Positions 8,479 through 18,293 are shown, numbered from the stretch's first letter. The stretch is 64,000 bases of DNA from Candidatus Poribacteria bacterium (GCA_965197475.1 CBDANF010000003.1:1760001-1824000); one strand, 5' to 3'. Translations and numbers: made by a program. The notes: generated by a model from the letters alone, not told the origin.

Positions 8479-8509
8479 GAAAGTCGCGACCGGGAGGTCG
8501 CTCCTACAG
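8479..8509 (-). repeat. REP-like GTAG-anchored palindrome
   Basis: Reverse complement CTGTAGGAGCGACCTCCCGGTCGCGACTTTC matches 14241-14271 with one mismatch. Confidence 0.7.
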
Positions 8510-8555
8510 CATAAAATAGGAAGTCGTAATTCGGAAGTCGCTTCTACAGAATAAA

Positions 8556-9203
8556 TCACGTTTGTTTTCCAAGAAGTGATTGAATTATCTCGCTGCCTAC
8601 CATATCGGTGTAATCGTCAGGGTATTTGGCTTTGAGCAGAGCTTTCAACTCTTTTCTACCCCGATTCAACTGAACCTTAACATTACCCTCTTTGATCTTC
8701 AACTGCTTAGCAATTTCTTTGTACGGCATACCTGTGGCACGTAACAGTATTGCATCCTTCTGCGTTTGCGGAAACTGCTCCATCAAACGGCGAACGATTT
8801 CCATATATTCGTTGTGAATCGTGATGCGTTCAGGTTCCAGATACGCAGATGCGGATTTAACATCTGTTTCCACAAATTCGTCTTCAGAAACGCCACCAGC
8901 GGGTTCATAGGACTCACGTTTTTTCTGATTTTCAAACCATCCTGCCTTTTTTCTGTTCGCGATGGTGAACAGCCAAGAATTGAACCTTTCAGGTTTCCGA
9001 ATTGTGCGTATGTTTTCCATCGCTGCAAGGAGCGTATCTTGGACGAGGTCTGCCACATCCTCCGGGTTTCCGATACCTCCATTGTAGAAAAATTGGGCAA
9101 GTCTGCGTCCACATTCTGAACAGAGGGTATCCCATGCTGCTTTGTTACCGGATTGGTAAGATTGGACAAGTTCTGCATCACGCTTAACTGTCTTAAGCTT
9201 CAC
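8556..9203 (-). CDS. ECF-family RNA polymerase sigma factor
   Basis: Region 2 (DVADLVQDTL...FNSWLFTIANR) and region 4 HTH (MPYKEIAKQLKIKEGNVKVQLNRGR). 215 aa. Confidence 0.9.
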   Translation of the reverse strand: MKLKTVKRDAELVQSYQSGNKAAWDTLCSECGRRLAQFFYNGGIGNPEDVADLVQDTLLAAMENIRTIRKPERFNSWLFTIANRKKAGWFENQKKRESYEPAGGVSEDEFVETDVKSASAYLEPERITIHNEYMEIVRRLMEQFPQTQKDAILLRATGMPYKEIAKQLKIKEGNVKVQLNRGRKELKALLKAKYPDDYTDMVGSEIIQSLLGKQT

Positions 9204-9489
9204 CCGATTCGCCTTTTTGGTCTACGGATAACAATTTATGTGTAGAAATTGGGAGAAATGTTACATGTTTTGCTCCCAATTGAACCAAATTCCTGCATAA
9301 AATGCGTAAACTCATGCATTTTATGCGTTTGTATAGTAGGTGCAGAAATCGGGTCAAAAAGTTACAAGTATTTTATTCAACAAAATCCGCCTCGTTCCAA
9401 CTACAGAAATTAGGAAACTTTAACTTTTTGCAAGCGTTATATATTTTGTAAAAAACAAGGGTTTCATGAAGCATTTTTCTTAACATACA

Positions 9490-9611
9490 CAGGACTTACG
9501 CAGCTGGTTCACAAGTCCCCTTGATAAGGGGGATTTAGGGGGTTAAAATACCGAAATAACGACTTTTTAAGTCCAATATTTCCTTTTTCTACTCAATTTG
9601 CGTAAGTCCTG
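9490..9611. mobile_element. MITE-like element (122 bp)
   Basis: Perfect 13-bp TIRs CAGGACTTACGCA...TGCGTAAGTCCTG, flanked by the 5-bp direct repeat ATACA (9485-9489 and 9612-9616). Internal TCCCCTTGATAAGGGGGA hairpin. Confidence 0.85.
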
Positions 9612-9706
9612 ATACATATCAATGTATTTCCAAAAAAATATAACACTGCTCCTACCAAAAAACAGAAACTAAAGCAAACGACTCTCTTGACCGGAGATGC
9701 TTCTGA

Positions 9707-10945
9707 ATGAACCCGAATCAGAAAATTCAAAAACTGACCTTGCTTCTCAATAAACATCATGAATATCGCGAAACCTGCTTGAACCTCATCGCCTCAGAGA
9801 ATACGCCATCACCGTTAGTAGAAGAACTTTTTGACGAAAAGTTGGCACGGCGATACGGAAATTATTCTGGAATTGATCTTTATCAGCGGAACTACAAAGG
9901 CAACCGCCATATTGCTGAAATAGAGGCGTGGACGCAGGAATTAGCAAAAGAATTGTTTAATGCAGCGTTCGTCGATTTCCGTCCGCTCTCTGGAAACGTC
10001 GCAGGAATTGCAGCGACATTCGCGCTGGCAAAACGAACTGATATCGCATTAGAGGTAGATGACGGTCATCGTTATGCTCATAAACTTGCTTCGTCACCAC
10101 TCAAGATAGATTTGCAGTCAATTCCGATTCCATGGGATGGCCTTCGATCAAACATTGATCTCCCTGCAACGCTTGTACTGATTGAGCAACATAAACCGAA
10201 AATCGTCCACATCGGCTCTGGGATATTTCTCTTTCCGCAACCTATTGCGGAGCTAAAAAGCGCGATGCGTCAAGCAAATCCTGAGTCATATCTCATTTAT
10301 GACGCTGCACATGTAATCGGACTCATCGCCGGTGGGCGGTTTCAGTCGCCACTTGCAGAAGGCGCGGATGTTATTATCTCCAGCACACACAAAACCCTCG
10401 CGGGGCCGCAAGGCGGCATGATCTTAACCAACAATAAATCTATTGCAGAACGAATTGGGCAAACGCTCTATCCGTTGCTGATGAGCAATCATCACCTAAG
10501 TCGGTTGCCAGCATTAGCAGGGACATTTGTGGAGTGGATGGTATGTGGTCCGGCACATGCCGATGCGATTGTGGTGAATGCAAAGGCTTTGGGACAGGCA
10601 TTATCGGATCGTGACGTGCCGATGCTCGCTGCTGAACTTGGATTCACGGAAACGCATACATTGATACCAATAGTGGACGCTTTTGGGGATGGAAGCGAAT
10701 TAGCAAATCAATTAGAAGCGTGCCATATTATTGCGGGTGCTGCGAGGCTACCTCCTGAAGTCGGCACCTCTGGATTGCGTCTTGGTGTGCAAGAGGTTAC
10801 CCGATGGGGAATGACACCAGAGGATGCACCGGAAATCGCAGATTGTATCGTTGACGCGCTTTCTGGACAATTACCTGATACAGTCAAACCCAAAGTTGCA
10901 CAATTGGCACAGCGTTTTAATACGATCCAGTTTACGGTAAAATAA
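9707..10945 (+). CDS. Serine hydroxymethyltransferase-like PLP enzyme (divergent GlyA)
   Basis: LNLIASEN, YDAAH, SSTHKTLAGPQGG (PLP lysine) and SGLRLG motifs. Confidence 0.85.
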   Translation: MNPNQKIQKLTLLLNKHHEYRETCLNLIASENTPSPLVEELFDEKLARRYGNYSGIDLYQRNYKGNRHIAEIEAWTQELAKELFNAAFVDFRPLSGNVAGIAATFALAKRTDIALEVDDGHRYAHKLASSPLKIDLQSIPIPWDGLRSNIDLPATLVLIEQHKPKIVHIGSGIFLFPQPIAELKSAMRQANPESYLIYDAAHVIGLIAGGRFQSPLAEGADVIISSTHKTLAGPQGGMILTNNKSIAERIGQTLYPLLMSNHHLSRLPALAGTFVEWMVCGPAHADAIVVNAKALGQALSDRDVPMLAAELGFTETHTLIPIVDAFGDGSELANQLEACHIIAGAARLPPEVGTSGLRLGVQEVTRWGMTPEDAPEIADCIVDALSGQLPDTVKPKVAQLAQRFNTIQFTVK

Positions 10946-10979
10946 AAGGTAATAAGGATTCAACATAACGACAAATTTT

Positions 10980-11006
10980 TGTAACGTTTTAGATTATTAT
11001 AACGTT
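10980..11006 (+). promoter_or_regulatory. Candidate ECF-type promoter
   Basis: TGTAAC-N17-CGTT about 100 bp upstream of the Rieske gene. Resembles AAC/CGT ECF promoters. Confidence 0.35.
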
Positions 11007-11110
11007 AATTTATTATAGCACTAATGTTTTATAGTTGTATAGGTTGTCATTAACATTTTAGGTGATGTTAATGTATTTTTAATCAGTAAATAGCAAAAAG
11101 GAATAAAATT

Positions 11111-12847
11111 ATGCAAAACCAAGCACCCGGTTGGGTGAAAGTTGCCGAATTAAGTGAGGTGCCTGAGGGAAAACCAAAGGCAATTCAGATGGGAGAGGGT
11201 CGTAGCCTTGCCCTCTTTAACGTTGATGGGAAAATATATGCGACCGATAATCAGTGTCCGCACATGGGTTACCCGTTAACACGAGGCACGGTACGAAACG
11301 GCATCCTGACATGTGATTGGCATCGCCGCAGTTTTGATTTAGACGGTGGTGGCTGTTTTCATGTCGAATGTGATGACTTACGTACCTTTCCCGTAGATAT
11401 CCGAGGCAGTGAGATTTGGGTTGAACCGGGCGATATGACCTACCGCCGCGCAGAAGAACATAAGCAGCTGCTCCGAGAAGGTCTTTTAAGCGAAGACAGA
11501 TGGACAATGTCCAAAGCAATTGCGCTGTTACTAAAAGGTGGCGTGCCAGAAGAAGAGGTTATGGGTTCAATTCTGGAACACGTCGCCCGACACATTCCTA
11601 CCGCTCACGGGTCAGAAGGTGGTGGTGATGTCTCTAAACTCATCAATGGACTCAAAGTCGGACGCAGGTACGAAGGTGAGGATCGTCTCATCGCGGTTAC
11701 AACCGCTGCATGCTCTGCTTCAGGAGAAGCATCCCAACGACTCGAAGTTGTACCATTGCCTGAGCCTGTCACCTGGGAAAAGATAAGTCGATGGATTCGT
11801 ATTTTCTCTTACGAAGGACAAGCCGGACGCATTGAGCGATGCTTGTATACAGCATATCATAAAGGGGATGCAGATAAATTGCGTCCTTTACTGTTTGAAT
11901 GTGCTGTTGAACCCAATTTTATTGATAATCCACAAATCCCGCTTTATGTTAGTTACCTTTCTGAAGTGGTTGACGAATTTGGGTGGGACCGAACTGCGGA
12001 TTTATTCTTCTATCTCGGTGCAGACCTCGTTGGGCATCATCCCGCGGATCCAGAACGGTACCGTAGAGACGCAATCAATCTTTTGAAAGAGATGCTGCCT
12101 ACCATTGAAAGTGCCGCTTTAGAACGAACCAATAAATTTGACGAAGATGCTTTTGTTGAAGCTCTTACCAGTGTCAATCTCCAACGCTCATTTGAGGAAG
12201 TACAAGCAGTCTTAGTAGATGGTGTAAAGTTAGACAAAGTCATTACATCACTTGTCTTGCTTGCAGCGGATAGGATGGCGAACACACCTGTGAATGTAGA
12301 TGCGGGTTGGTGGAACTTGACAATGGAACTCAACCTTGCGTCATCCTTACGAAGCGCAAAACAGATGGGAGGAAATCTTGTCGCAGCGAAAGGGCTTTTC
12401 CACGTTGCGTGGCAAATCTTCGCAGACCGCTGGATAAATATCTCCTCACGACCTCTCAGCGAACCGTTGAGTGAAGAAAAACTGGATGTGGCGAATCAAG
12501 ACGAAGGTATCAAGCACATTATTGGGACGATTGAGTCACTTAACGTACAAGATGTGGGACCACAGGTGCTTGGCTATCTAAATGCTGGCTATTCTGCTGA
12601 ACGGCTGATTGAAGAGATCGGACATTCAGTGCTTTGGGATGATACGGGAAGTGAAGTGCTGCCGACATTACGCACCGTATTTGAAGAATGGAAGCACGCG
12701 GAAGGACATCCCGCACAACCGCAACTGCTGGTTGGTTTGGCACGTTACGTCACAGATATCCGATCGAACACCGATAACAAATCTGCGGCTACCACAGCGA
12801 TGCGTTTTGCTGAAGGCAAAACAACAATTGAGGTCTTTGAGGAGTAA
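11111..12847 (+). CDS. Rieske [2Fe-2S] domain fused to a large helical domain
   Basis: N-terminal CPH...CDWH Rieske motif followed by ~470 aa with no catalytic motif I recognise. Confidence 0.85.
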   Translation: MQNQAPGWVKVAELSEVPEGKPKAIQMGEGRSLALFNVDGKIYATDNQCPHMGYPLTRGTVRNGILTCDWHRRSFDLDGGGCFHVECDDLRTFPVDIRGSEIWVEPGDMTYRRAEEHKQLLREGLLSEDRWTMSKAIALLLKGGVPEEEVMGSILEHVARHIPTAHGSEGGGDVSKLINGLKVGRRYEGEDRLIAVTTAACSASGEASQRLEVVPLPEPVTWEKISRWIRIFSYEGQAGRIERCLYTAYHKGDADKLRPLLFECAVEPNFIDNPQIPLYVSYLSEVVDEFGWDRTADLFFYLGADLVGHHPADPERYRRDAINLLKEMLPTIESAALERTNKFDEDAFVEALTSVNLQRSFEEVQAVLVDGVKLDKVITSLVLLAADRMANTPVNVDAGWWNLTMELNLASSLRSAKQMGGNLVAAKGLFHVAWQIFADRWINISSRPLSEPLSEEKLDVANQDEGIKHIIGTIESLNVQDVGPQVLGYLNAGYSAERLIEEIGHSVLWDDTGSEVLPTLRTVFEEWKHAEGHPAQPQLLVGLARYVTDIRSNTDNKSAATTAMRFAEGKTTIEVFEE

Positions 12848-12853
12848 TCTCTA

Positions 12854-14140
12854 ATGAGCCAAAATGCTTGGCACTTGCCACGTGTAGAGTATATTGAAGC
12901 GGTAAATAAAAGGGATGCGAATCGAGTCAAATCCTTGTTAGTAGATAACGAGGAACTTCTTGAGTTCATTGATGAACCTTGGTTCGTCTTTGATTCTCCT
13001 GCAGTTGTGTTTGCCGCTTCAATGGTTGATCGTCCGCTCGTAGAGGTGCTGCTTGATGCCGGGGCAGACATCAACGCTAAGAGTTCTTGGTGGGCAGGTG
13101 AAACTACTGCGCTGCAGCACGCAGCAGGTGCAATGCTCGGATACAACAGGGAATTGGCTGAGTATCTAATTGAACGCGGCGCAACGATTGACGCGCATGC
13201 TGCAGCTGGCTTAGATATGGTTGAAACGCTTGAGGCGTTGATTCGTGAAAATCCGGATGTTGTCAACGCACCGGGATGCGATAGCATGTCCCCGCTCCAT
13301 TTCGCAGCAACACCTCGAATAGCTGAACTGCTCCTCAAGCACGGCGCGGATATAAATCTTCGCGACCGTGATCATTGGGGAACTGCAGCGCAATGGACGA
13401 TGCGAAGACGACCTGAAGTGTGCCGATACCTACTTGAACAGGGTGCCGAAGCAGATGTTGTTCTCTATTGTGCTATGGGTGACGTTGAACGGGCAAGGAC
13501 GGAGTTAAAAAATCCTGAATTACTAAATCTTAGGATAAATATGAGAGCACCTGAAGGCTATATTATTCCATCGCCTAAGTCGTCAAAGGTTAACGATGAC
13601 CAAACAGAGGTCGTTCCCGGTGGACATGTTTATGTTTATCAGATTGGACCTACCATGCCGCTACTTGAGATAGCACTTCAGTCTAAGCAGCCAGCAATCG
13701 TTGATCTACTCATTGACTTAGGTTATGAGATCAACTTACGAGATTGGTATGTGCTGGTGGGTCAGGGACCAAACCGGTTTGATGCGTTGGTGAAAAGATT
13801 TCTTGCCAAAGGCCGGGATATTAACGCGCTTCAAAAGCATCGGCGTGGTATGTGGACACCGCTACATTGGCTCGCACAACGTGGTTTGACTAACGGCATC
13901 GCTTGTTTATTGGCAAACGGTGCTGACCCGAATGTGACCGATGACAAAGGACAAACACCGCTACACTTCATTGCACAGAAGGGTGTTGGCAAAAACCAAG
14001 TACAGTTGTTGGTTGAACACGGTGCTGATCTTAATGTCCGTGATGATGCCGGACACACGCCACTTGATTACGCCAAGAAAGCGAACAAAAAGTCAGTTTT
14101 AACATTTCTGACTGAATTTGCAGAGAAACGCAGTAGTTAA
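12854..14140 (+). CDS. Ankyrin repeat protein
   Basis: Multiple TPLH/SPLH...GADIN/GADPN repeats. Confidence 0.9.
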   Translation: MSQNAWHLPRVEYIEAVNKRDANRVKSLLVDNEELLEFIDEPWFVFDSPAVVFAASMVDRPLVEVLLDAGADINAKSSWWAGETTALQHAAGAMLGYNRELAEYLIERGATIDAHAAAGLDMVETLEALIRENPDVVNAPGCDSMSPLHFAATPRIAELLLKHGADINLRDRDHWGTAAQWTMRRRPEVCRYLLEQGAEADVVLYCAMGDVERARTELKNPELLNLRINMRAPEGYIIPSPKSSKVNDDQTEVVPGGHVYVYQIGPTMPLLEIALQSKQPAIVDLLIDLGYEINLRDWYVLVGQGPNRFDALVKRFLAKGRDINALQKHRRGMWTPLHWLAQRGLTNGIACLLANGADPNVTDDKGQTPLHFIAQKGVGKNQVQLLVEHGADLNVRDDAGHTPLDYAKKANKKSVLTFLTEFAEKRSS

Positions 14141-14240
14141 TTTAACTTTTTTCGGTAAGAGCAAATGTCTCTTACCTTTGATATGATAGAAGGGTTATTT
14201 AGTTCTTCATAGTTTCGATCACGTGTTCAGTGCCACTCTT

Positions 14241-14271
14241 CTGTAGGAGCGACCTCCTGGTCGCGACTTTC
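14241..14271 (+). repeat. REP-like GTAG-anchored palindrome
   Basis: Copy of 8479-8509. Confidence 0.7.
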
Positions 14272-14330
14272 AGACCGAATTGTGCAAAAAACCGAAACTA
14301 AATAACCCAAAATATAATAGGAGATGAAAA

Positions 14331-16079
14331 GTGTTAGCAGAAAATGGAAATTTCGTCAAAGTTGCTGCCCGCAACGATATAGCAGAGGGAAAACCGAGGG
14401 CAGTCAGAGTTGAAGGACATAGTATTGCCCTCTTTGAACATGAAGGTGCTGTTTACGCAACAGATAACCAATGTCCACACATGGGATATCCGCTAATAAG
14501 AGGACATGTCAAAAGAGGCGTTTTGTCGTGCGACTGGCACGGTTGGAGTTATGACATGGAAGGTGGCGGGTGCTTCACCGGTGGTTGTGATGACCTCGCC
14601 ACATTTCCCGTTGATGTACGGAATGGTGATATCTATGTGGATATCGGGAGTGGTGGAAAAAAACGGGATGATGCACATTTTCTCTTGCTGAAAGAGGGAT
14701 TATTTTCGCGTGATAGTTGGACACTTTCTAAAGCTATTGCCATTATGTTAGCGAAAGGCGTTCCAGAAGAAGAGACGTTGGAGATAATGGTTAAGCACAT
14801 GGTGCGGCATATTACGACAGCTCAAGGATTTCGCAGCGGCGGCGGACGTGTCGCAACGCTGATGCACGGAATTAAGGTCGCACACATGTATGAAGCGGAG
14901 GACCGTCTTATTCCGCTGATGATGGCGGCGACGCATGCGGCTGGTGGACACAGTGATCGTCCTGACCGCCAACCCCTTCCACCGCCTATTGACTGGGAAA
15001 AACTTGAAAACTGGATTAGAGTGTTCACTGTCGATAAAGAGTGGGAAGGTATCGAAAAATGTCTTATCACAGCAAGACAGTTGGGCGGACATGAAGACAA
15101 ATTCATCCCGCTTTTCTTGGATTGTGCGTCCCAATGGTTCTTTCTCAGCAGCTCCAGAAACCTTATTGATCTGGCACTTCTGGCTGAATTACTTGAAAAA
15201 TGGGGATGGGAGTTGACTGGGGAGTTAGTGTGCAACCTCGGCGCAAAGATACTTGGACAAGGCCGTGGCAGACCCGGTGAACGTCTTCGTGAAGCTATCC
15301 AAAAACTGGAAGAAATTGAGCATATCTTTGATGACCTTCCGCAGGAAAAATCGCCTGATGCAGACGTTGGCTTTGACGAAGATCAATTTTCTGCTGATCT
15401 GGTCAGTGGAGATATAGACACAATTTTTGATGCTATAACGAAAGTGCTCACCGCGGGTGTTCCCATTGACACAATTGCAACAACCATGGTCATGACCGCT
15501 GCTGATAGGATGGCAAGAACACCGGTTAACATGAGTCCCGGTTGGTGGGATTTACAAGAAGAGATGGAATTAGGGGCCAACATCAGAAAAGTGCTCCGTT
15601 TCGGTGGCACCAAAGTTGCCGCGAAGGCACTCTACCATTGTGGATGGCGATTTTTCAGTAACCGATGGCTAAACATACGACATCAACCGATTACAGAGCC
15701 GAGAACGTCTTCAACACCAAAAAACCTTGATGAAGATACAGCACTTGATGCAATTATAGATAGCATTGAATCTGTTCGCGTCCAAGAAATTGGAAGGCGC
15801 ACCCGTGAATATCTGAATGCTGGCTGTTCCGCGGAACGGTTGATGCTTGAAATGGGACAAAGTATCCTCAAGGATGATAGAGGAGACAATCTTCTCAGCT
15901 CGATTCACATTGTAGATAGAGAGTGGCATTACTGTGAGAAACATCCCGCAAGAAATCAACTGATAGTTGGGTTAGCACGATGGGCAACGGATATTCGCAG
16001 AAATGCAGGGAACGATTCTGCTGTGCAAACTGCACACCGTTTTGCAAAAGGTGAAACCGCTACGGAACTTTACGAGTAG
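14331..16079 (+). CDS. Rieske-fusion protein, paralog of 11111-12847
   Basis: YATDNQCPHMGYPL...CDWH, AADRMA.TPVN and RFA.G.T are shared over the full length. Confidence 0.85.
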   Translation: MLAENGNFVKVAARNDIAEGKPRAVRVEGHSIALFEHEGAVYATDNQCPHMGYPLIRGHVKRGVLSCDWHGWSYDMEGGGCFTGGCDDLATFPVDVRNGDIYVDIGSGGKKRDDAHFLLLKEGLFSRDSWTLSKAIAIMLAKGVPEEETLEIMVKHMVRHITTAQGFRSGGGRVATLMHGIKVAHMYEAEDRLIPLMMAATHAAGGHSDRPDRQPLPPPIDWEKLENWIRVFTVDKEWEGIEKCLITARQLGGHEDKFIPLFLDCASQWFFLSSSRNLIDLALLAELLEKWGWELTGELVCNLGAKILGQGRGRPGERLREAIQKLEEIEHIFDDLPQEKSPDADVGFDEDQFSADLVSGDIDTIFDAITKVLTAGVPIDTIATTMVMTAADRMARTPVNMSPGWWDLQEEMELGANIRKVLRFGGTKVAAKALYHCGWRFFSNRWLNIRHQPITEPRTSSTPKNLDEDTALDAIIDSIESVRVQEIGRRTREYLNAGCSAERLMLEMGQSILKDDRGDNLLSSIHIVDREWHYCEKHPARNQLIVGLARWATDIRRNAGNDSAVQTAHRFAKGETATELYE

Positions 16080-16096
16080 CACAATTGATCACTATT

Positions 16097-16460
16097 GTAG
16101 GGCGAGGTTAGTACCTTTGCCCTACTTTTTTATAGTTAGGTACAAATGCGTAGACACCACTGGTAGGCGCGCTTTGTAAGCGCGCCGTGTTGTGTATAGT
16201 CCATAAGTTGGGTTTCGCCTCTGCTCTACCCGTAGGTGTCAATTTAGCCCACTTGTTTCTATACACCTTTCGCCCGTTGGGCAAAGACATCTGTTTACCA
16301 CGTCTCTATACACCTTCCGCACCTCCGGTGCTGCTACCATCCCGTCAGGGAATCAACACCAATAGGTATACTTGAAAAGACGTAGTAGCCCCAGCGGGGC
16401 GACAGGTGTATAGAGAAAACAGCATTGTCCCATACAAAAGCACCAGCGGTGCGACAGGTG
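16097..16460. repeat. Cluster of REP-like GTAG hairpins and inverted repeats
   Basis: GTAGGGC...GCCCTAC (16097-16125), GTAGGCGCGCT...AGCGCGCC (from 16163), two TCTATACACCT copies against AGGTGTATAGA, and GCCCCAGCGGGGC. Confidence 0.6.
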
Positions 16461-16553
16461 CAGCAAGTGTGTTAATAAATCGGGCTTACAAAGCCCTCCC
16501 ACAAGAAAGATTAGACACTAATTGAAACCTATGAATTAAATTAACGTTATCAA

Positions 16554-17579
16554 ATGAAAAAAATCGTTCTACTTATTCTTTTTAGCTTATTATCCGTGTC
16601 AGTTCACGGTGCATCGTTGGAGTCCGCTTTTCAACTCGGCGAAAAACAGCAGCCACGACTTGACAGATTGCTCCCTGATGTTGCACAATATATGGCTTTT
16701 AACAAGGAGAGCACTAAACTAATTGCCAAAGGGATGGGTGGAACCGTAGTAGAGTGGGATATTCAGTCACGCCAAAAGCGAGAGGTAAGCAACATTCAAG
16801 CAAAGCGGTTGTTTGTTTATGCTGCCGAAGCCAATCAACTTTTAATTCAGAAAGAGGATGATGTCACTATTCTCAATCTCAAAAGTGGCGATGAAACACA
16901 GGTAACAAAGGGACAATATGAAAGTGGAAGTCTCTCGACGGATGGCACCTTAGCAGTATTGTCAAAAGGCGACAAAGAATTTGAGTTTTGGCAGCTCGCT
17001 GATGTAAGTTCAAAGACAGTAAAGACCTTTCAGACAACTTTACCCGTTAGGAATGGACTCACAATTTCTAATGATGGTAAGTTGATTGCGGCTGCCGAAG
17101 GCACATATCGAGATGGTGAAGGACATCGCACAATTATTGAAATTTGGGATGCAGACGATGAAAAGCATCCTATGCGTGTTTTCAACACCGGTGAAGTTCT
17201 TGGGATGTGGAATCTGATATTTTCACATGACGAAAAAATGCTCGCTGTTGACACGCAACTCAACGCTAAATCTGGAATCCGCGTATGGGATGTAAAAACA
17301 GGCGCACAACTCCTCAATAAATCCGGGTTTGAAGCATACTGGACACGCGCCCTCGCTTTCGCACCTAATAAAAAATCAAATTCTATAGAATATCTTGCCT
17401 CCGGAGACGAAAAGGGCAATCTCCGTGTATGGGAAATTCCTGGTAGTGAATCGACAATTTGGGTAAACTATTCAACTGGTATTCAAGCATTAGCCTTTTC
17501 ACCCAACGGTGAATATTTGGCAGTTGCGTTGTGGGATGCCACAATTCAGGTTTTAAGGTGGAAAATAAATGAACAATAA
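16554..17579 (+). CDS. Secreted WD40 beta-propeller protein
   Basis: Signal peptide, IEIWD, IRVWD, LRVWE and ALAFSPNGEYLA repeats. Confidence 0.85.
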   Translation: MKKIVLLILFSLLSVSVHGASLESAFQLGEKQQPRLDRLLPDVAQYMAFNKESTKLIAKGMGGTVVEWDIQSRQKREVSNIQAKRLFVYAAEANQLLIQKEDDVTILNLKSGDETQVTKGQYESGSLSTDGTLAVLSKGDKEFEFWQLADVSSKTVKTFQTTLPVRNGLTISNDGKLIAAAEGTYRDGEGHRTIIEIWDADDEKHPMRVFNTGEVLGMWNLIFSHDEKMLAVDTQLNAKSGIRVWDVKTGAQLLNKSGFEAYWTRALAFAPNKKSNSIEYLASGDEKGNLRVWEIPGSESTIWVNYSTGIQALAFSPNGEYLAVALWDATIQVLRWKINEQ

Positions 17580-18075
17580 TAATGAATCTTACACAGATGA
17601 CAAGGGACGCACCCGATGGCGCGTCAACGATGAAATTTCTGATAGACTACTTGAACTTCATACCTTCCTGATTATTTCAGACTACCCAGAAGACCATGCA
17701 GCGCGATATCCTCGTTTAGCACATTCTATCTCGCGTTTTCCAAAATCTGTGGCGGACCTCGTTGATCAAGGACGGTTACAAGAAGAAATTGGCGGGGTTG
17801 GCGAAATAGTCTCAACCATCATCACTGAATATCTACAAACTGGAACGTGCTCAAAAATAAAGGACTACGCAGGCGACATTCCACAGACAGTTGCTGAACT
17901 TGTTCTTGTTCCTGGACTTGGCGCAAAAACAATAAAGCGGTTATATGAAGAGATCGAGATTGATAGTCTTGCTTCCCTCCGAACAGCAATTGATGAGGGC
18001 AAACTCAAAGGTTTCAAAGGTATCGGTAAGAAAACGTTAGATAAAATTGAGGAACACCTCGATGCAAATTTGTAA
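17569..18075 (+). CDS. Stand-alone PolX/Pol-beta N-terminal helix-hairpin-helix protein (copy 1)
   Basis: NDEISDRLLEL, GVGEIV, VPGLGAKT and FKGIGKKT HhH motifs. No polymerase palm. Confidence 0.75.
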   Translation: MNNNNESYTDDKGRTRWRVNDEISDRLLELHTFLIISDYPEDHAARYPRLAHSISRFPKSVADLVDQGRLQEEIGGVGEIVSTIITEYLQTGTCSKIKDYAGDIPQTVAELVLVPGLGAKTIKRLYEEIEIDSLASLRTAIDEGKLKGFKGIGKKTLDKIEEHLDANL

Positions 18076-18104
18076 CAGGTGTTTCAGTAAAACGGCCGTA
18101 AATT

Positions 18105-18293
18105 ATGGCGAATTCACGAACAACCGGTGAAATGGTTGATGGTAAAAAACATGGGTATTGGATTACCTATTATGAAAATGGAATAAAACGTAGCCAGGGT
18201 CGCTACATTCATGGAAAAAAGATGGCATTTGGATTCAATACTACAAAAATGGCAGCAAGGCAACTGAAGCCTGCTTCTCTGATGATAAGTTGA
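18105..18293 (+). pseudogene. MORN-variant (YwqK-like) repeat protein, frameshifted or truncated (copy 1)
   Basis: GKKHGYWITYYENG. Similarity to 21254 continues in another frame after the A-run near 18215, then decays. Confidence 0.6.

Noticed and set aside
1039-8514. Repeated plus-strand ORFs (1039, 2485, 5052, 8025 and similar)
   Set aside because: Antisense shadows of the conserved minus-strand linker. The RBSs and signal peptides are on the minus strand.
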